From Squalus acanthias (Eukaryota), in assembly GCA_030390025.1 (NCBI GenBank), contig CM059432.1:87112001-87176000 (forward strand): a stretch of 64,000 bases of DNA. The letters run 5' to 3'. Below, one piece after another: positions 12,725 to 25,251 of the stretch; position 1 is the first letter of the stretch, and every line of letters starts with the position of its first letter. The notes below the pieces were generated by a model. That model worked only from the letters and a program-made list of their open reading frames with translations, searched no databases and was not told where the DNA came from. The translations under genes and the position numbers were made by a program.

Positions 12725-13521
12725 TGTTATATCTCTAACTTTTTCCCATTCTGACGAAAGGTCATTGACATGAAGTGTTAACTCTGTTTTTCTCTCCACA
12801 GATACTGCTTGACCTGCTGAGCATTTCCAGCATTTTCAGTTATTATTTCAGATTTCCAACATCTGCAGTATTTTGCTTATGTATTTGATGAAATGCAAAG
12901 CTTTCTTGCTCCTGTGCAATTTAAATCCTAGCTCACTCAGATTTTCTATATAGGTCTATTATAGTCAAGTTCCCAAGTACCATTGCAAGCTCTCTGAATA
13001 TGTGAGGGCCTAGAAGCAGGTTGGCCAGTGATTATTTTGGCCTACCTGTTGGACAGGTCTAAGGGCGTGATTTTATTACAGCTACCAGCGTCTGATAGGG
13101 TGGGAGACGGACCTATGTTTTGCTAGTTATTTTGAGAGTGTATTGAATAAAGAGTAATTGTGAATAATAGGTGAAGGCAGGCGTCCAGGTTTCTGCGCAT
13201 TAGGCCGGATTCAAAGAAATTCCCAATTTGGGAGGTTTGTCCCCTCGGCCCACCACCTCTCAAGTCAGGGGCTATGTTTGGGGTGGTTGGAGATTCTGAC
13301 CCAAAAAGACCCCAACGGAAACTCACGACTAGGACTGGGATTAAATGTATCCAAGTTCCCCCTCACTGAACTCCTAGCGACTTACACTGGGAGTGCTCAG
13401 CTGGGCCGTTGCAAATTTAGGGCCATAGAATGAGCCCTAATTTTATGTGATGTACACAGCAGCTATTACAACTAATGCTTTATGGAACATGGCCAAATCC
13501 AGGCAGCAATACAGAGCACAG

Positions 13522-13811
13522 TAGAATCATAGAATGATACAGCACAGAAGGAGGCCATTTGGCCCATCGGCCCAATTAATCCCACTCCCCTGCTCTTTCC
13601 CCATAGCCCTGTAAAGTTTTTCCTTTCAAGTATTCATTCAATTCTCTTTTGAATGTTACTATTGAATCTGCTTCCATCACCCTTTCAGGCAGTGCATTCC
13701 AGATCATAACAACTCGCTGTATAAAAAAATGCTTTCTCATGTCGCCTCTGGTTCTTTTGCCAATCATCTTAAATCTGTGTCCTCTGGTTACCAACCTTCC
13801 TGCTACTGGAA
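13522..13811 (-). mobile_element. CR1 3' fragment
   Basis: ORF 13576-13794 TRGHRFK..WNALP..GYG; tail on the minus strand. Confidence 0.9.
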
Positions 13812-15586
13812 GTAGGAGTTAGAAGTTATTTTGTATAAGTCATAACTGATGTGGGAAGCGTAGCATGTTCATTATTTTATATTATTGCATGAAGACAAGT
13901 TGTATTGATTGAATTAAGTGCATTGGATCATAACTGTTGCTCTGTCTGCTCACTTGCTGTGAAATAAAGCAACTTAAGGATTCATATCTGGCCTCCGCTC
14001 ACTAAATGTTTGTTCGGTCTACCTTTGGGGTGACTGAAGGTGCATGCCTGCGAAAGATACAAATATCCCATTCAGATCAAAAGTAGATGCTATTGTTACA
14101 TCCCTGTGTTACACTATCATAAAAATATTGGCCCGTATGGGCATACCCCTAAATGTAAGATGCTCAGACCGCTTACAGGAGTGACAAGCATCACTGAACC
14201 CAAGAGAATACCTAAGGTAAGATGTTAAATTTGTAACACAGGCATCAAGTTTTATCTTCACCATGTCTGTCAAATTCTCTGCTCTCTACAAGATCTCTGG
14301 TTCAATGGTACCCCTCCCATTGTCCTCAAACTGTGTGCCCCTAGCTTTACCACTGCCTGTGCATATCTTACTTCAAATCCACCTATGGGTTCGCTTGGGA
14401 ATTTTGTCATGCTCACCCTGTCCCAGGAAAGGTGATTCCTCTTACTCTTCCAATTAGCACCTTATTGCCCTTACATGTGGAATATCTAAAATTATGGAAA
14501 CTACTGTTAATTCATTTAATTATCCATCACCTTGATAGTTCTGGCAACATAGTATGGAGCTTGAGATTTTCAGCCAGCTTTACTGTCTGATGTCTGAGCA
14601 TGCTCTGTAGAATAACTATCAATAAGTAAAGAAATTCAAACCAATTCGGAGACAATTGTTGTGAGCAATATATTTAATTTCCTATTCCTTCAATTATTCT
14701 AAATCAAAATAAATTCAACTGATTTACATGGATGTTCTTTGTAAGATCATTGCTCGGCCAGCCAGAAAATGAGATCATTTTGTATAAATTATAAGGTTTC
14801 ACATGTAAAATCCCTGAGTAATTTTCATGTCATGCATTTTGTAAATAAATAATACAATGCAGAGATGTGAGAGAAAAAAATCAACCAGAATTCCTTTCAC
14901 ACATCTCCTGGCAATAGGGCATGTTGATAATCAGTCACAGAACTGCTTGGAAAGAAACCCCTACCAATCTTGCTTTAAGACAGCAGTGCCTGTCATTACA
15001 GGTCAGGCAAGCAGAAAAACCCAAGGGAGACGAGTTAATTGAACTCTGAGCTCAGTAGTCACTGGATGGATAAAAAGTCATGTTTCTTCATGCTGGAGTC
15101 AGCTCTGTGTTTTTATACTGGGCACTCGCACGCTGTGGCTTGCCATGTAGCAATTAAAAGGATTGTTGCTTCATCAGCCATCAGGTCATTAGAGATAAAA
15201 AGGATCTCCTGCTGACAGAAGGAAGAGCTTGCCCATTTATTGATGGATAATGATGCATTTGCACATATTGTTGTGCCTTTAATCACCCATTTAACAACAC
15301 TGCATAGTAAACAAAAATAAATTATGTGTTGGTAATTGTGACACAAGTGCTGACTATTAATGACAATGATTTTATTTTAAAAACTCTAGAAAATAAAAGA
15401 TGCTTTGGAGCAGAAGAATGTGAGTTCACATCCTTGAACTACCATGTAATGTGTTCCCAGTCTCAAGTATGCTGTCATGGGGAAGTGCCTCAGGCCTCTC
15501 TGCTTACAGAGCAGCTGAGAGTAGGGTGTCCATATGTCTTTTGTTTCAGAAGGAATGGGGGGAAACAATAATATACCACAAAGAAT

Positions 15587-17617
15587 GATAAGTCACCAGG
15601 ACCAAATGGGATGCATCCTAGGATGCTGAGGGAGGTTAAGGAGAAAATCGCGGAGGTACTGGCCATAATCTTCCAATCCTCCTTAGATACGGGGGTGGTG
15701 CCAGAGGATTGGAGATTTGCAAATGTTACACCCTTGTTCAAAAAAGGGTGTAAAGATAAACTCAGCAACTACAGGCTAGTCAGTTTAACCTTGGTAGTGG
15801 GAAAGATTTTGGAAACGATAATCAGGGACAGAATTAACAGTCACTTGGATAAGTGTGGATTAATTAAGGAAAGCCAGCACGGATTTGTTAAAGGCAAATC
15901 ATGTTTAATCATCTTTCGTTTAGGCACTTTACAGCCTTCCGGACTCAATATCGAGTTCAACAATTTCAGATCATAACCCCGACCCCTACCACATATATAT
16001 ACATTTTATCCACCCTTTTGGTCTGTGCCTTTTTCCTTTTTTTCTCTCTCTCCCCCTATGGCAGCTGTCTCTCATTCTGCCAGCATTTCACACCTCACCT
16101 TTTGTTTCTTAACCTGTCCCATTACCATCTCGTCTTGCCTTGAGCATCTCTTAATGTCTCTACTTATCATAGACCACCCCTTTTGTTCTTTTATTCCTCC
16201 CCCCAGCCTCCCCATTGCATTTTTATCTGTTTAATTTCCTGCTCTTCTCTCAGTTCCGATGAAGGGTTTCGACCTGAAACGTTAACTCTGTTTCTCTCTC
16301 CACGGATGTTGCCTGGCCTGCTGAGTTTTTCCAGCGTTTTCTGTTGTTATTTCATGTTTAATTAACTTGATTGAGTTTTTGATGAGGTAACAGAGAGGGT
16401 TGATGAGGGCAATGCGGTTCACATGGTGTAGATGGACTTCCAAAAGGCGTTTGATAAAGTGCCACATAATAAGGCTTACCAGTAAAGTTGAAGCCCATAG
16501 AATAAAAGGGACAGTGGCAACATGGATACGAAATTGGCTATGTGACAGGAAACAGAGAGTAGTGGTGAATGTTTTTTTCTCGGACTGGAGGAAGGTATAC
16601 AGTGGTGTTCCCCAGGGGTCGGTACTAGAACCACTGCTTTTTTGATATATATTAATGACTTGGACTTGGGAGTACAGGGCACAATTTAAAAATTTGCAGA
16701 TGACACTAAACTTGGAAGTATAGTGAACAGTGAGGAGGATAGTGATAGACTTCAAGAGGACATAGACAGGCTGGTGAAATGGGTGGACACGTGGCAGATG
16801 AAATTTAATGCAGAAACATGCAAAGTGATACATTTTGGTAGGAAGAACGAGGAGAGGCAATATAAACTAAATGGTACAATTCTAAAGGGGGCGCATGAAC
16901 AGAGAGACCTGGGGGTATATGCGCACAAATCGTTGAAGGTGGCATGGCAGGTTGAGACAGCGGTTAAAAAAGCATATGGGATCCAGGGCTTCATAAATAG
17001 AGGCATAGAGTACAAAAGCAAGGAAGTTATGATGAACCTTTATAAAACACTGGTTCGGCCTCAACTGGAGTATTGTGTCCAATTCTGGGCACCGCACTTT
17101 AGGAAGGATGTGAAGGCCTTAGAGAGGGTGCAGAAAAGATTTACGAGAATGATTCCAGGGATGAGGGACTTCAGTTGCATGGATAGACTGGAGAAGCTGG
17201 GGTAGTTCTCCTTAGAGCAGCGAAGGTTGAGAGGAGATTTGATAGAGGTGTTCAAAATCATGAGGGGTCTAGACAAAGTAGATAGAGAGAAACTGTTCCC
17301 ATTGGCAGAAGGGTCGAGAACCAGAGGACACAGATTCAAGGTGATTGGCAAAAGAACCAAAGGCGACATGAGGAAAAACTTTTTTACGCAGCAAGTGGTT
17401 ATGATCTGGAATGCGCTGCCTGAAAGGGTGGTGGAGGCAGATTCTATTGTGGCTTTCAAAAAGGAATTGGATAAGTATCTGAGGGGAAAAAATTTGCAGA
17501 GCTATGGGGATAGGGCAGGGGAGTGGGACTAGCTGAAGTGCTCTTGCAGAGAGCCAGCACGGGCTCGACAGGCCGAATGGCCTCCTTCTGTGCTGTAACC
17601 ATTCTATGATTCTATGA
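15587..17617 (+). mobile_element. CR1 LINE, 5'-truncated, interrupted by a PLE
   Basis: RT motifs across ORFs 15611-17532 with stops and frameshifts; same subfamily and 3'UTR as 5574-9652; tail ATTCTATGATTCTATG. Confidence 0.95.
15910..16351 (+). mobile_element. Penelope-like 3' fragment inserted in CR1
   Basis: IFRLGTLQPSGLNIEFNNFRS C-terminus; pLTR with hammerhead variant CCGATGA..GAAACGTT (16256-16283); flanking direct repeat TCATGTTTAAT at 15899-15909 and 16352-16362. Confidence 0.9.
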
Positions 17618-18129
17618 AAATAATATTGCTTCCAAATAAATCTTTACTTATTTGATTCAGAAGAAAAATTGATAATTAGTTCATCTCTACAATGTTATGA
17701 CAAATGTGCTTAAAGCTGCATCTATAGCATCTGGCAATCTAAACTTAGCTGAATATAATGACCCATCTTCGCTGCTAACTCACAACAGTTTGTAAAGCAC
17801 AAAACCAAAAATATAGATTGCAAACTAAGGTTCTAGAGACTGAGGGCTCGATTTTGCCATTGGGGTCGGGCTGGGGCATGTCAGGTGGTTTTCATGTCAG
17901 GACCAGGACCCCGACTCCGACGTGAAGTGGGAAAAAAGTGCGATTTTCCCGTAATTGGGCACTTGATTTCCAGCATGTGGGAACCCCTGGCCCAATTAGT
18001 CTTTCCATCCTGAAAGTCGCCTCTGATGGCGTCATCAATGCTGCAGGATTTAAGGCCAGCAGGCAGCCTTGTTTCTTCTGGAGACTGCAAACTTTATGCC
18101 CATTGTTGTGATCGCTTCATTCAGCAAAT

Positions 18130-20096
18130 ATGTCCAGCAGTAGGCCAAAGTGTGCTCCACGGTTTGATGACGCCGCCCTGCAAGCTCTGGTGGAGGGAGC
18201 AAGATCAAATAAGGAGGTGCTCTTCATTTCCTCAGGGAGGAAAAAGCCTCCCCAGCAGACTAAAGCTGTGTGGATGCAAATGGCCCAGGAGGTCAACTCA
18301 ATCTCTATGTGCCGCAGAACCTGGCTGCAGTGCAGGAAGAGGTTTCATGACCTTTTCCGCACAGGAAAAGTGAGTATGCCTTTCCCATCACCCTCAATCT
18401 GATCCCCATCGCCTCTCCTCACCAGCACTCTGCTTTGCCAACCTCTTCCTCCACATCCTACTTGACACTGACATCCCTGCACCCTTACCCATTCCCTCTT
18501 GCTGTATGTTCACATTCACTTAACTATTCGACTATGCAGCCCTCACACTCCCTATCACTGTGATGCTATGACAACAACTTACAACACACAGGGAGGGCCC
18601 TTGGTCTTGGCACCTCACTCCATCTTTGTCTCCTTCTAAGCATCTATGCTATGGAATCTCTACACTCACTCCTTCATTTTCACTCAAACTCCACTTGTGT
18701 CCCTCATTATAGGAAAAGAGAGCCCACAATAAGAGGGTGAGGGCGAGGACAGGAGGAGTGCCACCCTCAGTAGCCCAGCTCACCACTGTGGAGGAGGCGG
18801 CCCTGGAGATTGTGGGTTTGGAGGAGGATGCGCAAGTGGGGGACGAACAGACGGGTGCATCACAGCAAGCTGGTGACAGAATAGCTTTGCATCTCTCTCA
18901 TTGACATTGCATGAGTAACTGATAATGATTCTGAAGGTCTAACAGATTGACTTATGATCATCTACACAATTCAATATGCATCCAAACTTTACCTCACATC
19001 TCCAACTCTTTCCTTTACTCCCCCACAGGACCATTGACAGCCCCCATCCCCACTTTCCAAGAGGAAGAGCCTGAGCTTCAAGACTCCTCAGAGGAAGCTG
19101 CAACCTTTGAAGGCGCAGCATCAGCAGAATTCAGCGCACCCAGCACCAGCGCAGACACTCACACCTCGGTGGGACCTTCGGGACATACAGTAGTGTTGTC
19201 ACCTGGTGTATCACAGCTATACAAGTGAGCATCAGCAGATGGTGGAGACAGGGACAGCAGTGGAGAGTCCTCGTCGGAGGGCGCAGGACTCTGCCAGCTC
19301 GGCTTGGCTACATGTCGACCCTGTGCCTCCGGGTCCATCCAGAAGAAGAGCGGTGCTGGAACTCCAGGAACAGGTGCAGGAGTCTCTGGCAGGTTTAGTC
19401 TCCAGGGTCGCTGCGAGTGTGGAGCGAATGGAAGAGTCCATGGCTAACATGAGCAGAGCCTTTGAGGAGATGTCGGCGCATGAACGCATCACCACGGAAA
19501 GGATGGCAACCTCCATGGAAAGGATGGCTACCGTAGAGGAGAGCATGGCTATGGCCATGGAGGAGCTTAGTCGCCAGGGTGCTGAAAACATGGTCATTGT
19601 TCAGAATAGTCTGACATCTCTTGAGGAGCGATGGTCAGCTATTGAGCAGAGAAACCAGACCTTCATGGAAGTCCTCTGGAGTAGGACTTCCAGCGCAGAA
19701 ATGGGTCCTCATGGCCCCCCTGAAGTGCAGAAAGGGGCTGTCCAGCCACTTGCTAGGTCTGAAGTGGGGCTGACCCATGAAAGGGATGTTGGTGGCAGAC
19801 AACAAGGAAGTGGGGGCTCCTCTCCAAGCGTTCACACGACCATGCCACTGCAGAGCCCTCGGTCAGAGCCCCACCAGTGTCCCCACCCAACTGAGATCGG
19901 CGTCTCAACCCCTGCACAGCCGCAGGAGCAGCAGACTGTTGCCAAGCCCTCACAGGTTCGCAACCCCAGAGGATGCCCACCAAAGGTGTCGAGACAGGAG
20001 CAGCAAAAAAGTGTGCAAGGGACCTCCACATCTGCTGAAGCCACAGGGGAAACACCTCGTAGGAGCATGCGTAAGAGGAAGATAATGCACAAGTAG
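18130..20096 (+). pseudogene. Harbinger Myb/SANT-like DNA-binding protein, 3 exons (18130-18369, 18713-18872, 19029-20096), one frameshift near 19220
   Basis: Exon 1 PRFDDAALQALV..W..MA..V..RTWLQCRKRFHDL; exon 2 EKRAHNKRVRARTGG; GT-AG introns in compatible phases (0 then 1); Met-rich coiled-coil-like segment and basic C-terminus RRSMRKRK. Confidence 0.85.
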
Positions 20097-20354
20097 TCAC
20101 AAGGGTAGTCATTTGGGTGTAATGTTGTGTTTAATTTTGAAAAGCCATCAGTTGCTTATTGTCATAAAAAATTCTGATGGCAAACTGTTGAAGTTGTGGC
20201 GTGTGTCATCTCGCTAATGGGACTTCCACATTGAGGGCTTAGGGCGACTTGCAATTGTCAGTATGGTGGTCAGAGTAATAGGAATCCGCAGGTTCTTGGC
20301 CATTGTCGATGGTCTGATAAGAAGGTGCGAGGCAAAAGTGTTTGATTGTGCAGG

Positions 20355-20574
20355 CTAAGCAAATCTGGCCAAGATGAGTGCATCCCTTGCATCCCGGGCA
20401 GCAATGTGGTCGTGCGCTGGCGCCTTCTGGCCTTTGCAGCTTCAGGTGGGTGAGCAGCAGCTTCTGTTGTTGCTGCTGCTGTTGGTGGTGCTGTTGTTCA
20501 TGGTTCTGCTGCTGCCACGGCTGGTCTTTGTCCGAATCTGATGTCCAGGAGGAAAGGAAATAAATGGTTCCCAT
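20355..20574 (-). pseudogene. Harbinger transposase remnant (N- and C-terminal stubs only)
   Basis: ATG at 20574 with a poly-Q N-terminus, joined directly to a HIAARDARDALILARFA* type C-terminus (TAG 20355-20357); no DDE core. Confidence 0.6.
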
Positions 20575-21093
20575 GCTTCTGGTATATGCCTCAGTTGAGG
20601 AAGCGCTCAGTCAAGGTGGCGAGAGGGGTTTCCCAGGAGGTCACACTGGAGATGGGTGTCAGGCTCCAAACTTTCACAACAATGAGTAGGCCTGCTAAAA
20701 GTCCCCCCAGACCTGAGACAACAAAGTTCTGCCACCTGCAAATGATTGGTGAAAACTCCTTTTTAATGGTGGAGCTGCAGCTGTTAGTAAGCAGTCTACT
20801 TGTGAGGCCGCCAGGATTCACTGGCGTGTTCCAGAGGAGACGTGCAGGACGTGGGAAAAGTGATAAAATCAGAAAGGCCTCTCAAAATGGGATTATAGAG
20901 GCACTTAACTGGTTGTTAAGGGTCTTAAGGGCCTATCCCGCCTCTTGGAGGCGGGATGGAAACGGGGTCAGAAAACACGCATTTGGGAAAGTTGCTCGGA
21001 GGTGGGATCGGGCCCGCCCGCCATTTTTTGCGATTTTGCCACCTCACACGCCTCCAATCCCGCCTCCTCGGGCCTGGCAAAATTGAGCCCTGA

Positions 21094-21340
21094 GAGTTTG
21101 TTTCCCCTGGCTGGAGTGTCCAGAACTAGGGGGCATAGTCTCAGGATAAGGGGTCGGCCTTTTAAGACCGAGATGAGGAGGAATTTCTTCACTCAGAGGG
21201 TTGGGTATCTTTGGAATTCTCTGCCCCAGAGGGTTGTGAATGCTGAGTCTTTGAGTATATTCAACGCTGAGATAGATAGATTTTTGGACTCTAGGGGAAT
21301 CAAGAGATATGGAGATCGGGCGGGAAAGTGGAGTTGAGGT
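21094..21340 (+). mobile_element. CR1 3' fragment
   Basis: LFPLAGVSRTRGHSLRIRG..WNSLP..DRFL. Confidence 0.9.
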
Positions 21341-21479
21341 CGATTGGTGGGTTGGGGGGGGGCTGTTGGGGGGTGGGGGGTTGGGGGGAGCAGAGGATAG
21401 AGTTATGGAGTTTATGGGGTAGAGGAGGTAGTGACTCTTCCTTAATTTGATGCCAAGTACGCAGCCTTGCAGCACATAG

Positions 21480-21650
21480 GAGGTCATGGGTTTGAGAGGG
21501 TGGTGGAGAGCTGGGTAACATCAGTGTGCATATGAAAGCTGACCTATGCATTGAAGTTACGCGAAGTGGGGCAGCATATGGTGAGGAAAAGCAGGGGGTC
21601 GAGAATAGTCCTTGCAAGATGCCTGAGATGACAGTGCATGGGAGGGAACA
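21480..21650 (-). mobile_element. old L2 RT fragment
   Basis: Weak reverse-complement similarity to the L2 at 61300-61450. Confidence 0.5.
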
Positions 21651-21654
21651 TAAA

Positions 21655-21755
21655 AGAAAGAAAGACTTGCATTTATATAGCGCCTTTCACGACCACCGGA
21701 CATCTCAAAGCGCTTTACAGCCAATGAAGTACTTTTGGAGTGTAGTCACTGTTGT
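21655..21755 (-). mobile_element. SINE 3' tail (SacSINE1-like)
   Basis: Reverse complement of ACAACAGTGACTACAC..GGCGCTATATAAATGCAAGTCTTTCTTTC. Confidence 0.8.
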
Positions 21756-24436
21756 CATAAGAACATAAGAAATAGGAGCAGGAGTAGGCCATTTGGCCCT
21801 TCGAGCCTGCTCCGCCATTCAATAAGATCATGGCTGATCTTCTACCTCATCTCCACTTCCCTGCAATATCCCCATATCCCTTGATTCCCTTAATATTCAA
21901 AAATCTATCAATCTCTGTCTTGAATATACTCAACGACTGAGCCTCCACAGCCCTCTGGGGTAGAGAATTCCAAAGATTCACCACCCTCTGAGTGAAGAAA
22001 TTTCTCCTCATCTCAATCCCAAATGGCCGACCCCTTATTCTGAGACTGTGACTCCTGGTTCTAGACTCCCCAGCCAGAGGAAAAATCCTCCCTGCATCTA
22101 TCCTGTCAAGCCCTGTAAGAATTTTGTATGTTTCAATGAGATCACCTCTCATTCTTCTAAACTCTAGAGAACATAGGCCTAGTCTACTTAATCTGTCCTC
22201 ATAGGAAAATCCCCCAACCCAGGAACCAGTCTGGTGAACGTTTGTTACACCCCCTCTATGGTAAGTATATCCTTCCTTAGGTAAGGAGACCAAAACTGTA
22301 CACAATACTCCAGGTGTGGTCTCACCAGGGCCCTATATAATTGCAGTAAGACGTCTTTACTCTTATACTCAAATCCTCTTGTAATAAAGGCCAACATACC
22401 ATTTGCTTTCCTAATTGCTTGCTGTACCTGCATGTTAACTTTCAGTGATTCGTGTACAAGGGACACCCAGGTCCCTCTGAACAACAACATTTCCCAATCT
22501 CTCCCCATTTAAAAAATACTCTGCTTTTCTTTTTTTCCTACCAAAGTGGATAACTTCACATTTCTCTACATTATATTCCATTTGCCATGTTCTTGCCCAG
22601 TCACTTAGCCTGTCTATATCCCCTTGAAGCCTCCTTGCATCCTCCTCACAACTTACATTCCCACCCAGCTTTGTATCATCAGCAAACTTGGATCTATTAC
22701 ATTTAGTCCCCTCATCCAAATCATTGATGTATATTGTGAATAGCTGAGGCCCAAGCACTGATCCTTGCTATACCCCACTAGTTACAGCCTGCCAACCCGA
22801 AAATGATCCGTTTATTCCTACTCTCTGTTTTCTGTCCGTTAACCAATCCTCAATCCCTGCTAGTATATTACCCCCAATCCCATGAGCCCTAATTTTGTTT
22901 AATAACCTCTTGTGTGGCACCTTATCGAATGCCTTCTGAAAATCCAAATGCACCACATCTACTGGTTCCCCCTTATCTATTCTGCGAGTTACAACCTCAA
23001 AAATCTCTAACAGATTCGTCAAACACGATTTCCCTTTCATAAATCCGTGTTGACTCTGCCCAATCCCTATTATTATTTTCTAAGCGCCCTATTACCACGT
23101 CCTTAATGATAGATTCTAGCATTTTCCCGACTACTGATGTCAGGCTAACTGGTCTGTAGTTCCCCGTTTTCTCTCTCCCTCCTTACTTAAATAGTGGGGT
23201 TACATTTGCTACCTTCCAATCCACGGGAACCGTTCTAGAATCTATGGAATTTTGGAAAATGACAACCAATGCATCCACTATCTCTATAGCCACCTCTTTC
23301 AAAACCCTAGGATGTAGGCCATCAGGTCCAGGGGATTTATCGGCTTTCTGTCCCATTAATTTCTCCGGTACTACTTTTTTACTAATACTAATTTCTTTCA
23401 TTTCCTCATTCTCGCTAGACACTTGGTACCCACTATTTCCAGGAAGTTTTTTGCGTCTTCTTCCGTGAAGACAGACACTTAGGGCACAATCTTGCCAGCC
23501 CTGGGGAGGCGGGTATGGAGGTGGGACTGCCGGGAAAATGGCAGAATCTGGGGGTGGGTGCCCAACCGTCCCCAACCCGCTTCCGTGCCATCTTGCCAGG
23601 AGGCGGGTAGCCGACCCAGATAGTTAACAGGCAGATAAGAGGATTATCCCCATTTTACCCACACAAGTGTGGGCTTCCCGAAGGCTCCGAACCCCGCCAG
23701 GATCACCGAGCAGTGGGTCTGTGGAGGTCGGGGGGGGGGGGGGGGGAGTTGCAAATGTGCGCTGTGAAGTTAAGTGATGGGTGCAAGTGTGGAGAGGTGA
23801 GTATGTGAGGTATGTGGAAAGTGTTAGTAAAAGTTTACTTACCTTTGTTTCTTCCTGCAGGCTTCAAGAGTTGGGGATGTGGAGAGTCTCACACCTCCGC
23901 GGTAGAGATGACCGATGGCCGTTGCATTCTCCAATGCAGCAACCATCTAATTTCTGCTAAATAAAGAGGTTTGATGAGTCTTGAGTTCAAGAACTCATCA
24001 AACTACAGAGAATGTCAATGTTTGACAGCTTCACTGGGCGGGCTTAACAAGGTCAATCAAGGGAAAATAGCGTAGGTTGGCCAGAAGTTGATGGAGGCGG
24101 GACTGAAACCGACAAGTGGGAGTCCCGCCTCCAAAAGCTCCCCATTGGTAAAATCCAGCCCAAAGTATTTGTTTAATTTCTCTGCCATTTCCTTATTCTC
24201 CATTATAATTTCTCTTGACTCAGCCTGTAAGGGACCCCCATTTACTTTCGTTAATCTTTTCCTCTTTACATACCTATAGAAGCTTTTACAGTCTGTTTTT
24301 ATGTCTCTCGCTAGTTTACTCTCATATTCTATTTTCCCTTTCTTCATCAATTTCTTGGTCCTCCTTTGCTGGATTCTAAAATCCTCCCAATCCTCAGGTT
24401 TACTACTCTTTTTGGCAGCATTATAAGCCTCTTCCT
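21756..24436 (-). mobile_element. CR1 (HER1-like) LINE, 5'-truncated, interrupted by a MITE
   Basis: Minus-strand ORFs 21847-23575 and 24057-24488 with RT motifs; tail near 21756. Confidence 0.95.
23482..24161. mobile_element. Harbinger-type MITE with poorly matching ends
   Basis: GGGCACAATCTTGCCA ... TGGTAAAATCCAGCCC; interrupts the CR1 cleanly; flanks TTA versus AAA. Confidence 0.65.
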
Positions 24437-24611
24437 TGCTGACTGTGTTTGGATAAATAGGAATGGAACTATGCAGTGGCAGTCTCATGGAGTTGATGGA
24501 GGAGAGGCATTGCAGGAAGATGGCATGGTATCAAATGTTGGGGAGAGATCAAGAGGATGAGGTGAGTTAAAGGACCATGGTCATATCGACATTCATGATG
24601 TTGGCTAGGAT

Positions 24612-24720
24612 TTTACATTACAACAGTGACTACACTTCAAAAGTAGTTCATTGGCTGTAAAGTGCTTTGGGACATCCTGACATCATGAAAGGCGCTATAT
24701 AAATGCAAGTCTTTCTTTCT
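24612..24720 (+). mobile_element. SINE 3' tail (SacSINE1-like)
   Basis: ACAACAGTGACTACACTTCAAAAG..GGCGCTATATAAATGCAAGTCTTTCTTTC. Confidence 0.8.
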
Positions 24721-25251
24721 TAAGGTAATTTCAGTGCTGCTCGAAGGTAGAAGTCAGACTGAAGGGCCTAGAAATTCGGTGCGTAGCGCCTGTTGTTTGG
24801 GCACTACGGGTGCCGAATTGGGACCAAATTGGCATCTGAACAGGGCGTGCACACTTCTGGTGCGGGCCATGCTCGACGCCATCTTGGTGAGGGCGGTAGT
24901 GTGGCCATTAGGAGCGTGTGCTAGAAGTACGGTAAGTAGACAGATTGTGACGTCGATCAACGTGCAACGCTGATTTGACGCCAGCACTGCCATTTTCGGC
25001 ATCATCGCTGGAGCTAACGCTCTGTGTTAATCTCGCAGTAGCAAGGACCGCCCCCCCCCCCAACCAGTGCTATTTAAAGGGGCCATCACCAACTTTCAGG
25101 TAACTTGCTTTTTGATTTCTACTGGCCCTGTGTAAGTTTGTGGAACTGTTTGGGGCTTTCTAGAGTTATTTAAAGTTGGTGAGGTGACAGGGAGTGGGGC
25201 TGCAAGTGGAGAAGGCCTTGCTTCTGACTTCAAGGGTTCTGGTCAGACCAC

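Larger units (their letters stand above)
10360..12885 (+). mobile_element. Penelope-like retroelement 3' fragment (GIY-YIG endonuclease + pLTR), split by two MITEs
   Basis: VYCIRCSRC..IGET..R..EH..HFN..EEQH at 10621-10893; the 3' region resumes at 11942-12038 and 12725-12885 with a decayed hammerhead (CTGACGA 12751-12757). Confidence 0.9.
17844..21090. mobile_element. non-autonomous PIF/Harbinger transposon (3.25 kb) with convergent Myb-like and deleted transposase genes
   Basis: TIRs GGGCTCGATTTTGCCA / TGGCAAAATTGAGCCC (15/16 match); TGA TSD at 17841-17843 and 21091-21093. Confidence 0.92.

Noticed and set aside
13810..14070. Possible LTR fragment with AATAAA
   Set aside because: No definable TG...CA ends or TSD.
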